A DNA stretch of 64,000 bases, from assembly GCA_041394345.1 (NCBI GenBank), contig JAWKIN010000016.1:28859-92858 (forward strand). The letters run 5' to 3'. The notes under the pieces are model-generated. The model searched no databases. It was not told where the DNA came from and worked only from the letters and a program-made list of their open reading frames with translations. This document shows, one piece after another, positions 54,578 to 64,000 of the stretch; positions within the stretch are counted from its first letter, which is position 1, and every line of letters starts with the position of its first letter. The translations under genes and the position numbers were made by a program. The stretch is from Acidimicrobiales bacterium (GTDB lineage Bacteria; Actinomycetota; Acidimicrobiia; Acidimicrobiales; SZUA-35).

Positions 54578-55117
54578 CTACTTACCGGCCTTTCCGGCCT
54601 TACGGATGACCCGCTCGCCGGCGTAACGAACACCCTTGCCCTTATAGGGCTCGGGCTTGCGATAGCTACGAATCACCGCAGCGGTCTGGCCAACAACGGC
54701 TTTGTCGATCCCAAGGACGCCAATTTTGGTGGGCTCGGGGACTTCGAACGTCACACCGTCAGGTGCTTGCACATTGACCGGATGGCTAAACCCAAGGGCC
54801 AGCTCAAGCGCGTCGTTGCCTTTGGCGGCAGCGCGGTAACCGACACCAACGATTTCGAGGTCCTTGCGGAACCCGACGCTGACACCGATGACCATGTTGT
54901 TGACGAGGCTGCGGGTGAGTCCGTGGAGCGACTTCGCAGAACGACTGTCGTCGACTCGCGACACCGTGATGGTGTCGGCGTCGACGACGATCGAGATGGA
55001 CTCAGGTGCCTCGTGGTCGAGGGTGCCCTTCGGGCCCTTGACCGTGACGGTCTGGCCGCTGACGGACACCTCGACACCACTAGGAATTTCAATTGGAGCG
55101 TTTCCGATACGTGACAT
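54578..55117 (-). CDS. rplF: 50S ribosomal protein L6
   Basis: MSRIG and [13 protein letters not shown]. Confidence 0.97.
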   Translation of the reverse strand: MSRIGNAPIEIPSGVEVSVSGQTVTVKGPKGTLDHEAPESISIVVDADTITVSRVDDSRSAKSLHGLTRSLVNNMVIGVSVGFRKDLEIVGVGYRAAAKGNDALELALGFSHPVNVQAPDGVTFEVPEPTKIGVLGIDKAVVGQTAAVIRSYRKPEPYKGKGVRYAGERVIRKAGKAGK

Positions 55118-55126
55118 GCGCGCCTC

Positions 55127-55528
55127 CTACCAGACGAAGCAAAGGATTTCGCCACCGACCTTGGCCTTGCGGGCCACACGATCGGTCACAAGACCTTGGC
55201 TGGTTGAGAGAACGGCGACGCCGAGCCCGCCGAGAACCCGAGGGATCTGGTCAGACTTGGTGTAAACCCGCAGGCCGGGCTTGGACACACGCTTGATCCC
55301 AGTGATCACGCGCTCACGTTCTGGTGAATACTTCATAGCGATGGTCAAGGTCCGACCTGGACCATCGGGGTTGTCGGCCGAGTTGTACTCGGCGATGTAG
55401 CCCTCTTTATAGAGAACCGAAGCCAGTGCTTCCTTGAGCTTCGATGCGGGCATCGAAACCTCGTCGTGCATGGCAATGTTGGCGTTACGGATGCGTGTGA
55501 GCATGTCCGCAATGGGATCTGTCATCAT
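55127..55528 (-). CDS. rpsH: 30S ribosomal protein S8
   Basis: [16 protein letters not shown] and [10 protein letters not shown]. Confidence 0.97.
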   Translation of the reverse strand: MMTDPIADMLTRIRNANIAMHDEVSMPASKLKEALASVLYKEGYIAEYNSADNPDGPGRTLTIAMKYSPERERVITGIKRVSKPGLRVYTKSDQIPRVLGGLGVAVLSTSQGLVTDRVARKAKVGGEILCFVW

Positions 55529-55541
55529 AATGCGTAACCCC

Positions 55542-55726
55542 CTACCAGCTGGCCTTGGTGACGCCGGGGATTTCTCCAGCGTGAGCCATATTTCGGAAAC
55601 AAATTCTGCACAAGCCGAAGCGCTTGTAAACGGCCTTCGGCCGGCCGCACTTCTGGCAGCGGGTATAGCCGCAACCTTGAACTTTGGCGTCTTCTGCTGC
55701 TTTTGCTTTAGCGCTGTCTTAGCCAT
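55542..55726 (-). CDS. rpsN: 30S ribosomal protein S14 type Z (1-nt deletion)
   Basis: [18 protein letters not shown], then in the shifted frame [33 protein letters not shown]. Confidence 0.94.
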
Positions 55727-56310
55727 TACTGGGCCTGCCCCTCACGTCGGAACGGGAAGCTGAAGGCGTCGAGCAATGCCTTACCTTCAGTGTTGTTGGT
55801 GGCGGTCGTCACGATCGTGATGTCCATGCCTCGCTGGACGTCGACGGTGTCGTAGTCGATCTCGGGGAACATGAGCTGTTCGGTGAGACCAAAGGTGTAG
55901 TTGCCCCGGCCGTCGAACGACTTGGGGTTGAGGCCACGGAAGTCACGGATGCGAGGGATGGCGAGCGTCACGAGACGGTCGAAGAACTCCCACATCTTGT
56001 CGCCCCGGAGGGTGACCTTCACGCCGATGGCATTGCCTTCACGAAGCTTGAAGCTCGCGACGGACTTCTTGGCCCGGGTGGTCACTGGCTTTTGGCCAGC
56101 GATCAGGGCGAGGTCGGCCGCAGCAGAATCGATCAGCTTTGATTGCTGGAGCGCATCGCCAACGCCCATGTTGATGACGATCTTCTCGAGACGCGGCACC
56201 TGCATGATGTTGGGAAGCTCGAGGGAGGTCTTGAGCTGGTCGCGGATCTCCGCGTTGTACAGCTGCTTGAACCGTGGCACTGATTGTGCGGTCACAGACG
56301 TCGATGTCAC
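55726..56310 (-). CDS. rplE: 50S ribosomal protein L5
   Basis: [19 protein letters not shown] and GMDITIVT. Confidence 0.97.
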   Translation of the reverse strand: MTSTSVTAQSVPRFKQLYNAEIRDQLKTSLELPNIMQVPRLEKIVINMGVGDALQQSKLIDSAAADLALIAGQKPVTTRAKKSVASFKLREGNAIGVKVTLRGDKMWEFFDRLVTLAIPRIRDFRGLNPKSFDGRGNYTFGLTEQLMFPEIDYDTVDVQRGMDITIVTTATNNTEGKALLDAFSFPFRREGQAQ

Positions 56311-56630
56311 AGTGTCACCTCAGGAATCTCTTCGCCGCTGCGCTTGCAGATGCGAACCTTGGTTCCGTCTGCCTTGATCTTGTAACCAACGCGCGTCGCC
56401 TTGCCGTCTTTCGGGCTGAGAACCGCGACGTTCGATGCATCCATTGGCATCTCTTTGTCGATGATTCCGCCCGGCTCTTCGGCCGAACGTGGCTTGGTGT
56501 GGCGCTTGGCGATATTGCAGCCTTCGACGATCACCTTGCCGGTGGTTGGGATGGCCTTGGTAATGACGCCCTCTTTGCCGCGGTCCTTGCCGGCGAGAAC
56601 GATCACCTTGTCACCTCTGCGGAGCTTCAT
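56307..56630 (-). CDS. rplX: 50S ribosomal protein L24
   Basis: [16 protein letters not shown] (KOW motif). Confidence 0.97.
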   Translation of the reverse strand: MKLRRGDKVIVLAGKDRGKEGVITKAIPTTGKVIVEGCNIAKRHTKPRSAEEPGGIIDKEMPMDASNVAVLSPKDGKATRVGYKIKADGTKVRICKRSGEEIPEVTL

Positions 56631-56632
56631 AG

Positions 56633-57001
56633 TTAGAGCACCTCCGGGGCGAGAGAAACGATACGCATGAACTGCTTGTCGCGCAGCTCACGACCAACCG
56701 GGCCAAAGATGCGGGTTCCACGGGGCTGCCGGGAATCGTTGATCAGAACTGCGGCATTTTCGTCGAAGCGGATGTAGCTGCCGTCGGGACGACGCCGCTC
56801 CTTCTTGGTGCGGACGACGACGCACTTGACGACATCGCCCTTCTTGACGGCGGCGCCAGGAATGGCGTCCTTGACCGTGGCCACGAAGACGTCGCCAATG
56901 CCGGCGTAACGACGGCGTGAGCCACCGAGCACCTTGATGCAAAGCACTTCCTTGGCACCGGAGTTGTCGGCGACGCGGAGTCGGGTTTCTTGCTGAATCA
57001 T
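56633..57001 (-). CDS. rplN: 50S ribosomal protein L14
   Basis: [16 protein letters not shown] and SLAPEVL. Confidence 0.98.
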   Translation of the reverse strand: MIQQETRLRVADNSGAKEVLCIKVLGGSRRRYAGIGDVFVATVKDAIPGAAVKKGDVVKCVVVRTKKERRRPDGSYIRFDENAAVLINDSRQPRGTRIFGPVGRELRDKQFMRIVSLAPEVL

Positions 57002-57276
57002 CGTGCACGCTCCAGGATCTCCAGGAGGCGCCAGCGCTTCTTCTTCGAGAGTGGACGGCACTCGACGATGCGAACGCGGTCCCCTTCATTCAGGGTGTTC
57101 TCTTCGTCGTGAACGAAGTACCGGGTGGAGGTCTGTACGGTCTTGTTGTACTGAGGATGGCGTGAACGACGAGTGACTTCAACAATCACTGTCTTATCCA
57201 TCTTCTGTGACCGGACGAGACCTTCCCGGACCTTCCGACTCGCCCGAACAACCGGGGTCGTGGTTTCCTCAGCCAT
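56998..57276 (-). CDS. rpsQ: 30S ribosomal protein S17
   Basis: KMDKTVIV and [11 protein letters not shown]. Confidence 0.96.
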   Translation of the reverse strand: MAEETTTPVVRASRKVREGLVRSQKMDKTVIVEVTRRSRHPQYNKTVQTSTRYFVHDEENTLNEGDRVRIVECRPLSKKKRWRLLEILERAR

Positions 57277-57497
57277 TACGCCTTCCCAACACTGGCCGCA
57301 GCTTCTGCGGCCAACTCTCGTGCGCGAAGCTCGGTTGACACACGGGCCACCTCGCGCTTTACCTTCTTGATACGTGACGAATTTTCGAGGGCACCGGTGG
57401 CGAGTTGGAACCGGAGGTTGAACAACTCGCGCTTGCCTTCGGCACGCTTGTCAACCAGCTGGTCGACTGACAGATCGGTCAATGACTTATCAGGCAT
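57276..57497 (-). CDS. rpmC: 50S ribosomal protein L29
   Basis: [21 protein letters not shown]. Confidence 0.95.
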   Translation of the reverse strand: MPDKSLTDLSVDQLVDKRAEGKRELFNLRFQLATGALENSSRIKKVKREVARVSTELRARELAAEAAASVGKA

Positions 57498-57912
57498 CGA
57501 ATCCGTCCTCTCGGGTGATAACACGGGCCTTCATCGGCAACTTCTGGATTGCACGATTCATGGCGGCGTGAGCGATTGCTTCGTCTGGGTAGGACAGCTC
57601 GAAGATGACGCGTCCTGGTCGGACGACGGCTACCCATGCCTCGACGTTGCCCTTACCGGAACCCATGCGGGTTTCGGCTGGCTTCGCCGTGACTGATTTG
57701 TCGGGGAACACGTTGATCCAGACCTTGCCGCCACGCTTGATGTGGCGGGTCATGGCCACACGAGCGGCCTCGATCTGGCGTGCGGTGATCCATCCGGGCT
57801 CGAGCACCTGGATGCCGTACTCACCGTACGTCACCATGTTGCCGCCCTTGGACTGGCCAGTGGTACGGCCGCGATGCTGCTTGCGGTGCTTAACCTTCTT
57901 TGGCATCAACAT
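57490..57912 (-). CDS. rplP: 50S ribosomal protein L16
   Basis: [15 protein letters not shown] and ETRMGSGKG. Confidence 0.98.
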   Translation of the reverse strand: MLMPKKVKHRKQHRGRTTGQSKGGNMVTYGEYGIQVLEPGWITARQIEAARVAMTRHIKRGGKVWINVFPDKSVTAKPAETRMGSGKGNVEAWVAVVRPGRVIFELSYPDEAIAHAAMNRAIQKLPMKARVITREDGFDA

Positions 57913-57914
57913 GG

Positions 57915-58793
57915 CTATTCACCATCCTCTGCGGTAGGGGTTGCATCGACCACGGGAGCCGATTCAAGTGCTGCGTCGGCTTCGACCAGCGCGTCGACCT
58001 CGGGGTCGGCGGCAACGGTGGTGTCGGCAACATCGGGGCGAGGGGCCTGGCCACGCCGACGAGCGGCGGACGAGACGACCTTCTTGGGGGCGCCAGCCAA
58101 GACAGCTTCGGTTGCTGCGGCGGCCGCTGCATCCTTCTGAGCCTTGTCGGCCGATGCCTTGTAAGGAAGGATGTCTCCCTTATAGAGCCACACCTTGACG
58201 CCGATGCGGCCTGCGGTGGTGTGGGCCTCGCGGAGGCCGTAGTCGATGTCGGCGCGAAGGGTGTGGAGGGGAACCTGTCCCTCGCGGTACCACTCGGTCC
58301 GGCTCATCTCGGCGCCACCAAGGCGGCCCGAGGACTGGATCTTGATGCCCTTGGCCCCGGACTTCATGGCGTTCTGCACGGCCCGCTTCATCGCACGGCG
58401 GAAAGCCATGCGACCAACGAGTTGGTCGGCGACGCCCTGGGCGATCAGCGCCGCGTCGAGTTCGGGTTGCTTGATCTCGACGATGTTGAGCTTGACCTTG
58501 GCGTTGCCTGTGAGCTTGGTCAGACCCTGGCGAAGCCGGTCGGCCTCGGAGCCCTTGCGACCAATGACAATGCCCGGTCGTGCCGTGTGGACGTCGATCT
58601 GGAGCTTCTCGCCAGTGCGCTCGACCTCGATACGAGAGATTGCTGCGTTTGGCAGTTGGGTCATCAGGAATTCACGAATGTCTGAGTCTTCGTGAAGGAA
58701 CTGACGGTACTCAGCACCGTCGGCGATCCAGCGTGACTTCCAGTCGGTGGTAATCCCGAGGCGGAAGCCATACGGGTGGATTTTCTGGCCCAT
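57915..58793 (-). CDS. rpsC: 30S ribosomal protein S3
   Basis: [13 protein letters not shown] and [12 protein letters not shown]. Confidence 0.98.
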   Translation of the reverse strand: MGQKIHPYGFRLGITTDWKSRWIADGAEYRQFLHEDSDIREFLMTQLPNAAISRIEVERTGEKLQIDVHTARPGIVIGRKGSEADRLRQGLTKLTGNAKVKLNIVEIKQPELDAALIAQGVADQLVGRMAFRRAMKRAVQNAMKSGAKGIKIQSSGRLGGAEMSRTEWYREGQVPLHTLRADIDYGLREAHTTAGRIGVKVWLYKGDILPYKASADKAQKDAAAAAATEAVLAGAPKKVVSSAARRRGQAPRPDVADTTVAADPEVDALVEADAALESAPVVDATPTAEDGE

Positions 58794-59596
58794 CAGGCGT
58801 CCTCTCCATCGGCGGCGTCAGCGTTGTCGGCCGAGGCGGCCGATGCGGGAGCGCTGAAGCCAGCAGCCTGGGCTGCCTCTTCGCTTGCGAACCACACTTC
58901 GGCCTTGGTGCGGCCATAGAAGGGGCTCTCCGGGGTGTGGTAGAGCATCGAGTTGGCGTTGCCCTTGATATCGAAGCCCTCGGGGGCCTCGCCATCGTCG
59001 GTTGGGCCGTGGCTGCCATCGCCATAAGGCGCAGCGTCAGTCGCCGGTGCCTCAGCCTCAGCCTCAGCGGCCTCAACAACCTCAGCCTCAACAACCTCAG
59101 CCTCAACAACCTCGGTCTCGGCGACCTCAGATTCAGCGGCCGCCTTGCTCTTGGCGACCCGAGCCTTGCGATCGGCGCTGGCGTTGGTGGCACCGCTCTT
59201 GGCCGACTTCGCCCGAAGCACATCGAGCCTGTCGTCGTCGAGCTTGCTCACGATGACCGTGATGTGGCAGGTCTGCTTGTGAATGGCGCCAGCGCGACCA
59301 CGAGCTCGTGGCCGGAAGCGCTTCATCGTTGGCCCCTCGTCGGCGAAACATGCCGACACGAACAGTTCGTCAGGTGAGAGATCGTCGTTGATGACGGCGT
59401 TCGCTACTGCGGACTGCAGGACCTTGGCGATGTCGAAGGCAGCGCCGCGCTCGCTGAAAGCGAGAATCTGGCTGGCCTCGGCGACATGCTTGCCCCGAAT
59501 GAGGTTGAGCACGACTCGCGCCTTGGAGGCCGAGAATCGCAAGCTGCGGGCCTGGGCCTTGCTGCCTGGATGTTCGTTGGTTTTCATTCCCGTCAT
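58793..59596 (-). CDS. rplV: 50S ribosomal protein L22 with acidic linker and C-terminal extra domain
   Basis: L22 core ([17 protein letters not shown]) plus about 145 extra residues ending [38 protein letters not shown]. Confidence 0.95.
   Translation of the reverse strand: MTGMKTNEHPGSKAQARSLRFSASKARVVLNLIRGKHVAEASQILAFSERGAAFDIAKVLQSAVANAVINDDLSPDELFVSACFADEGPTMKRFRPRARGRAGAIHKQTCHITVIVSKLDDDRLDVLRAKSAKSGATNASADRKARVAKSKAAAESEVAETEVVEAEVVEAEVVEAAEAEAEAPATDAAPYGDGSHGPTDDGEAPEGFDIKGNANSMLYHTPESPFYGRTKAEVWFASEEAAQAAGFSAPASAASADNADAADGEDA
59070..59113. repeat. 15-bp tandem coding repeat x3 (EVVEA) in the L22 linker
   Basis: gcctcaacaacctca repeated three times. Confidence 0.85.
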
Positions 59597-59871
59597 CGTC
59601 GACCTGACTTCTCTTGGCCGGCGTGGAATCGGAAGGTCCGTGTCGGCGAGAACTCACCGAGCTTGTGACCAACCATCGATTCAGTGATGTAGACCGGCAC
59701 ATGCTTGCGTCCGTCGTGAACAGCAATCGTGTGTCCGACCATGTCGGGGATGATGGTGGAGCGGCGTGACCATGTCTTGATCACTCGCTTTTCGTTTGAC
59801 TCGTTGAGTGCGTCGACCTTCTTCAGAAGATGGTCGTCGACAAATGGGCCCTTTTTGAGACTGCGCGGCAT
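59593..59871 (-). CDS. rpsS: 30S ribosomal protein S19
   Basis: [12 protein letters not shown] and [13 protein letters not shown]. Confidence 0.98.
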   Translation of the reverse strand: MPRSLKKGPFVDDHLLKKVDALNESNEKRVIKTWSRRSTIIPDMVGHTIAVHDGRKHVPVYITESMVGHKLGEFSPTRTFRFHAGQEKSGRR

Positions 59872-59873
59872 AG

Positions 59874-60708
59874 TTACCTCCGACCGCCACGGGTCCGCCG
59901 GCGGCGGATGATGGAATCGTCAGACTTCTTACCCTTTTACGGGTGCGACCTTCGGGCTTGCCCCAAGGCGAAACTGGGTGGCGACCACCCGATGTACGAC
60001 CTTCGCCGCCACCATGTGGGTGATCGACTGGGTTCACCAACACCGCGGCTTTGGGGGCGCTTGCCCTTCCAGCGGTTCCGACCGGCCTTGCCGACCTTGA
60101 TCAGTTCGAACTCGGCATTGCCGACTTCGCCGATTGTGGCGACACAGTCAATGGGAACACGGCGCATCTCCGTGCTGGGCAGACGAAGGGTGGCGAAATC
60201 GCCTTCCTTTGCGACCAGCTGGACGCTTGTGCCGGCCGAGCGGGCCATCTTGGCGCCAGCGCCAGCCTTGAGCTCGACGGCGTGGATCGTTGTACCGACC
60301 GGGATGAAGCGCATCGGCAGGGCATTGCCCGGCTTGATGTCGGCACCAGGACCCGACATGACAACGGTGCCAGTCGTGAGGTCTGCGGGGCGCCAGGATG
60401 TAGCGCTTCTCGCCGTCATGGTAGTGAAGCAGGGCAATACGGCTGTTGCGGTTCGGGTCATACTCGATCGAGGCAACGGTGGCCGGAATGCCGTCCTTGT
60501 TGCGCTTGAAATCGATGACGCGATAGCGACGCTTGTGGCCGCCACCACGGTGACGTGAGGTCTTGCGGCCATAGCTGTTGCGGCCGCCCGTCTTGCTCTG
60601 CTTGACCAGCAGCGACTTTTCGGGACGGTTGGTGGTCAGCTCGGCGAAGTCTGAGCTGGTCTGGAACCGACGACCTGGACTTGTTGGTTTGCGTTTACGG
60701 ATACCCAT
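59874..60708 (-). CDS. rplB: 50S ribosomal protein L2 (frameshifted)
   Basis: [26 protein letters not shown] and [12 protein letters not shown]. Confidence 0.97.
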
Positions 60709-60717
60709 GGTCGCTCC

Positions 60718-61011
60718 TTAAGCCGTAAAGAGCTCGATCTCGCCCTCAGAAAGGGTCACGATCGCTCGTTTGATGTCGGAGCGCTTGCTCCATCGATTGT
60801 TGCGCCGGTTCCGCACTCGCTTGCCCTTACGGCGAAGAGTGTTGACTCGGGAGACCTTGACGTCGGCAAAGATGGCCTCGACGGCGTCGCGGATCTCGAG
60901 CTTCGTGGCGCTTGGTGCGACCTCGAAGGTGTAGGTGTTGTTGGCTTCAACCTGCTGGTACGTCTTCTCAGAGACCACCGGGCGAATGATGATGTCGTGT
61001 GGATCTTTCAC
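60718..61011 (-). CDS. rplW: 50S ribosomal protein L23
   Basis: IIIRPVVSEK, YTFEV and KRAIVTL. Confidence 0.96.
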   Translation of the reverse strand: MKDPHDIIIRPVVSEKTYQQVEANNTYTFEVAPSATKLEIRDAVEAIFADVKVSRVNTLRRKGKRVRNRRNNRWSKRSDIKRAIVTLSEGEIELFTA

Positions 61012-61013
61012 GA

Positions 61014-61628
61014 CTAAGCCTCCTGACCAGGCAGTGTTGCGGCGGTGAAGACGACATAGTCGGCCTTCAGCACGTCGAAGGTGTTGAGCTGGTCCGAAGG
61101 GAGCAGGTGAACACCGGTGAGGTTGCGGAAGCTCTTCCAAGCCGTTTCATCGGCGCGGTCGAGCACAACGAGCGACTTGCCAACAACGCCGAGGGCGGCA
61201 AGCGCAGCGGCTGCTCCCTTGGTGCTGGGACCGTCGAAGCTCCAGGCGTCAACAACGATGATCTTGTTGTCAGACGCACGATCGGAGAGAGCCGAATGAA
61301 GTGCGAGGCGCTTCATTTTCTTGTTGGTGCGTTCGGAGTAGTCACGCGGCGTTGGGCCGTGAGCTACACCACCACCAATGAAATGTGGTGCCCGGGTGGT
61401 GCCCTGACGAGCCCGACCGGTGCCCTTTTGCTTGTAGGGCTTGGCGCCACCGCCACTCACTTCGGAGCGGGTCTTGACCTTGTGGGTACCGGCCCGACGA
61501 GCGGCGAGCTGAGCATTGACGACCTGGTGCATGACACCGACGTTTGGCTCGATCGCGAAGATGGCATCGGCCAGATCGGCCTGGCCTGCGTCGGCTCCGG
61601 CAATGGTCTTGATTGCGACGGATCCCAT
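61014..61628 (-). CDS. rplD: 50S ribosomal protein L4
   Basis: EVSGGGAKPYKQKGTGRARQG. Confidence 0.97.
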   Translation of the reverse strand: MGSVAIKTIAGADAGQADLADAIFAIEPNVGVMHQVVNAQLAARRAGTHKVKTRSEVSGGGAKPYKQKGTGRARQGTTRAPHFIGGGVAHGPTPRDYSERTNKKMKRLALHSALSDRASDNKIIVVDAWSFDGPSTKGAAAALAALGVVGKSLVVLDRADETAWKSFRNLTGVHLLPSDQLNTFDVLKADYVVFTAATLPGQEA

Positions 61629-62266
61629 TACGACCTCGCCTTCACTGCGTTGCGGATAATGATGGTCCCACCCTTAGCACCCGGAACCGCGCCCTTGACG
61701 AGGACAATATTGTTCTCTACGTCGGTGCTGACGATCTTGAGGTTTTGGGTAGTGACTTGATCGCCACCCATGTGCCCAGCCATCTTCTTGCCCTTGAAGA
61801 CACGAGAGGGTGTGGCGCACTGACCAATAGAACCGGGCATGCGGTGAACAAGGTGGGCACCGTGGGTCGCACGCTGGCCCTTGAAGTTGTGGCGCTTCAT
61901 GACGCCAGCAAAACCCTTGCCCTTGCTTGTCCCGATTGCGTCGATGACATCGCCGGCTTCGAACAGGTCCGCAGTGATCACGGCACCCACTTCGTAGCCA
62001 GAGACATCTTCAAGACGCAGCTCGACGAGCTGAGCGCCTGGCGTGACACCCGTGCTTGCGAAGTGTCCAGCCTCTGGCCTGTTCAGCTTTTGAGGATCTT
62101 TGTCACCAGTGGTGACCTGGATGGCGGCATAGCCATGGCTTTCCGAGGTCTTGACTTGCACGACGCGCATTGGGGTGACCTTGATAACAGTCACGGGAAT
62201 AACCGTGTTGTTCTCGTCCCACACCTGCGTCATGCCGACCTTTTCGCCGACTAGCGCTTTTTTCAC
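61628..62266 (-). CDS. rplC: 50S ribosomal protein L3
   Basis: GEKVGMTQVW, SKGKGFAGVMKRHNF and KGKKMAGHMG. Confidence 0.97.
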   Translation of the reverse strand: MKKALVGEKVGMTQVWDENNTVIPVTVIKVTPMRVVQVKTSESHGYAAIQVTTGDKDPQKLNRPEAGHFASTGVTPGAQLVELRLEDVSGYEVGAVITADLFEAGDVIDAIGTSKGKGFAGVMKRHNFKGQRATHGAHLVHRMPGSIGQCATPSRVFKGKKMAGHMGGDQVTTQNLKIVSTDVENNIVLVKGAVPGAKGGTIIIRNAVKARS

Positions 62267-62588
62267 ATTGTGGCCTTGTGCCATGTTGCAACTTCCCGTC
62301 AGCGGGCCCCCAGTCTGAGGGCCGTTCACGCGAACGCTCCGCCAGCGAGTGCTGAGCGGAGCGATATCGGATTGTGCCAAGCGGTTCCACCGGGTGATGG
62401 CCTACCAGGACTTCGGTTGTACAGCAGGGAGACATGCAAGACTCCACGTGCCAGACCAAGGCACCCTATCGGGCGGCCTACCACAAACCAACTGCCAAGG
62501 TCGCGACTCCCGCAGGCAAAGACTTGGGCTACCAAGAGTTAGGCTTCGCCTTCATGTGCTCGCGACGCGACGACGGCACGGAGACCGA

Positions 62589-64000
62589 ATGACTTCGCCT
62601 GATTCGACCCTGCCAAACCGACTCAACTTGCTCGCCCTGCTGGGCGGCATCGTGGCCTCGACGATCCCCGCTATCGCGTTCCTGGCGGGCCGACTGGCCG
62701 ACCACTTTGTCGTGAACGCCGACTACCTCCTCTTGCCCGAAATCATCGGCGATCTGACCTCGGGCGGTTCCCTCGACCGCTGGGTCGTGCCGTACGCCAC
62801 CTATCTGGTACCCGACTGGCCCATGTATGGCCTGGCTATTGCGCTCACACCGTCGGCGTCGCTCGCCGTTGCGGCCTTTGCCTTCTTGCAGTCGCTCTTC
62901 CTCTTTGCTGCGCTCAGAAGACTCAGTGCCGTGTTCGACCGGGAGCGACGCAACGCAATTGCACTTGTTGGGCTCACGATCTTGGTCAGCTACGCAATCG
63001 GCAACGCGGTGCCACTTGTCTACTTGGCCACCGCCTATAGCCATTTTGGCACGGCCATTCTGTTGATCTGGGCTCTCGCCTTCACCCTCGATTGGCTGGC
63101 TGCGCCTCGACCGCGACTACTGGCTGCCAGCTCGCTCGTCTCAGCGCTCGCGGTGCTCTCCGACCGCCTCTATATCCTTTGGTTCCTGGTCCCGGCCGCA
63201 GTGGCACTCGGGACGATGACACTTCGCGGCCGACTCGAACGTCGAGCGCTTTTCCAGTGGCTCGCACCCCACGTAGCCCTGTCGGTGCTCGCCCTGCCGG
63301 TGAGCGGCGTTCTCTTCAGCCAACGGTCCGAGTACGACCTGACCCTCGGCTTTAGCGAACCTCGAGCGGGCTTTAACCGGTTTGTCGACACCCTTCGCTT
63401 CGTCGCCGACTACAGCAGCACGCTCATCCCGCTCATCGCGGTGGCGACAATCGCGTGCGCGTGGCTCCTGCGCAGGGGACGATCGCCCGAAGGGACACCG
63501 CTCCCCCGGTCGGCGGCCCACTTCCTGCCCATCTACTTTGCCATCGCGGCCACCGTCACAGCGGCCGCTCAGATCCTGATGGTCGGCGACGTTGCCCCTG
63601 GCCCCCGCTACAGCCTGCCAATCATCATGTTGCCCCTGGTGCTGCTGCCCTGTCTCGCACTCACCGGGTGGACGTGGTCGACGCCGACCCAACGGGTTCT
63701 GGGGGCCCGTTGCGGTCCTACCAGTCATCATCGCCTCGACCCAAGGTGTCGTCATGGCGTCCAGCATCGACGTCAACCAAACGCCCGTCGAATCCGAGTG
63801 CATCGAATCCGTGCTCGAAGCGACCGGATCGATTGAATTGCGTCCTATTGGGACGCCCGAACAGTCGAGACCTTCTCAACGGCAATCTCGAAGTGGCGCC
63901 GTACAACGCCCAACTCTACGAATCGCACATGGCAACGCTGGCCTCGACGGATTCGCCGACCACTATGACCATGGTGAGTTCGCAGATTTACCCCGGATGG
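62589..64000 (+). CDS. Polytopic membrane protein, possibly GT-C-like; frameshifted near 63710 and 3'-truncated
   Basis: About 10-12 hydrophobic segments, NADYLLLP loop after the first helix, and PRY near the last helices. Confidence 0.6.

Noticed and set aside
55127..55726. Apparent S14-S8 fusion ORF (199 aa)
   Set aside because: A 1-nt deletion in rpsN shifts it into the rpsH frame; the S14 C-terminus and stop exist in another frame.

Overview
High-GC actinobacterial DNA, most consistent with Acidimicrobiia (inferred from ribosomal and housekeeping proteins). It carries many single-base indels that break even essential genes (groEL, secY, rplB, rpsN, rplO, glmM, tsaD), so it looks like an unpolished long-read assembly and the split ORFs are not treated as pseudogenes. 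Positions 1-24 kb are an accessory catabolic/redox region: ABC ATPase, sulfatase and PaaX regulator; a nitrilase/cupin dioxygenase/FAH set diverging from a hydrolase/ACAD/NicX-like set; a mycofactocin-type OYE1-OYE2-EtfA-FixC-FixX-EtfB operon; two 2OG-Fe(II) oxygenases, a P450, a crotonase and a GH13; and a REP-flanked RAYT transposase plus a REPIN-like element. Positions 24-46 kb are housekeeping genes (groEL/ES, tsaDBE-rimI, alr, nnr, acpS, a 1139-aa GlmS, glmM, rpsI, rplM) with inserted tandem soluble histidine kinases and a DUF3524/QTMAN-like glycosyltransferase. Positions 46-62 kb are the alpha/spc/S10 ribosomal superoperon without rpsJ or map. Best leads: the OYE-ETF-FixCX module, an exact 59-bp glmM segment replacing the S9 C-terminal tail, the HK pair with one H-box His->Asn, the two-dioxygenase catabolic cluster, the giant GlmS, and L22 fused to a 'sunset'-type domain. 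All family assignments come from motif recognition, not database searches.
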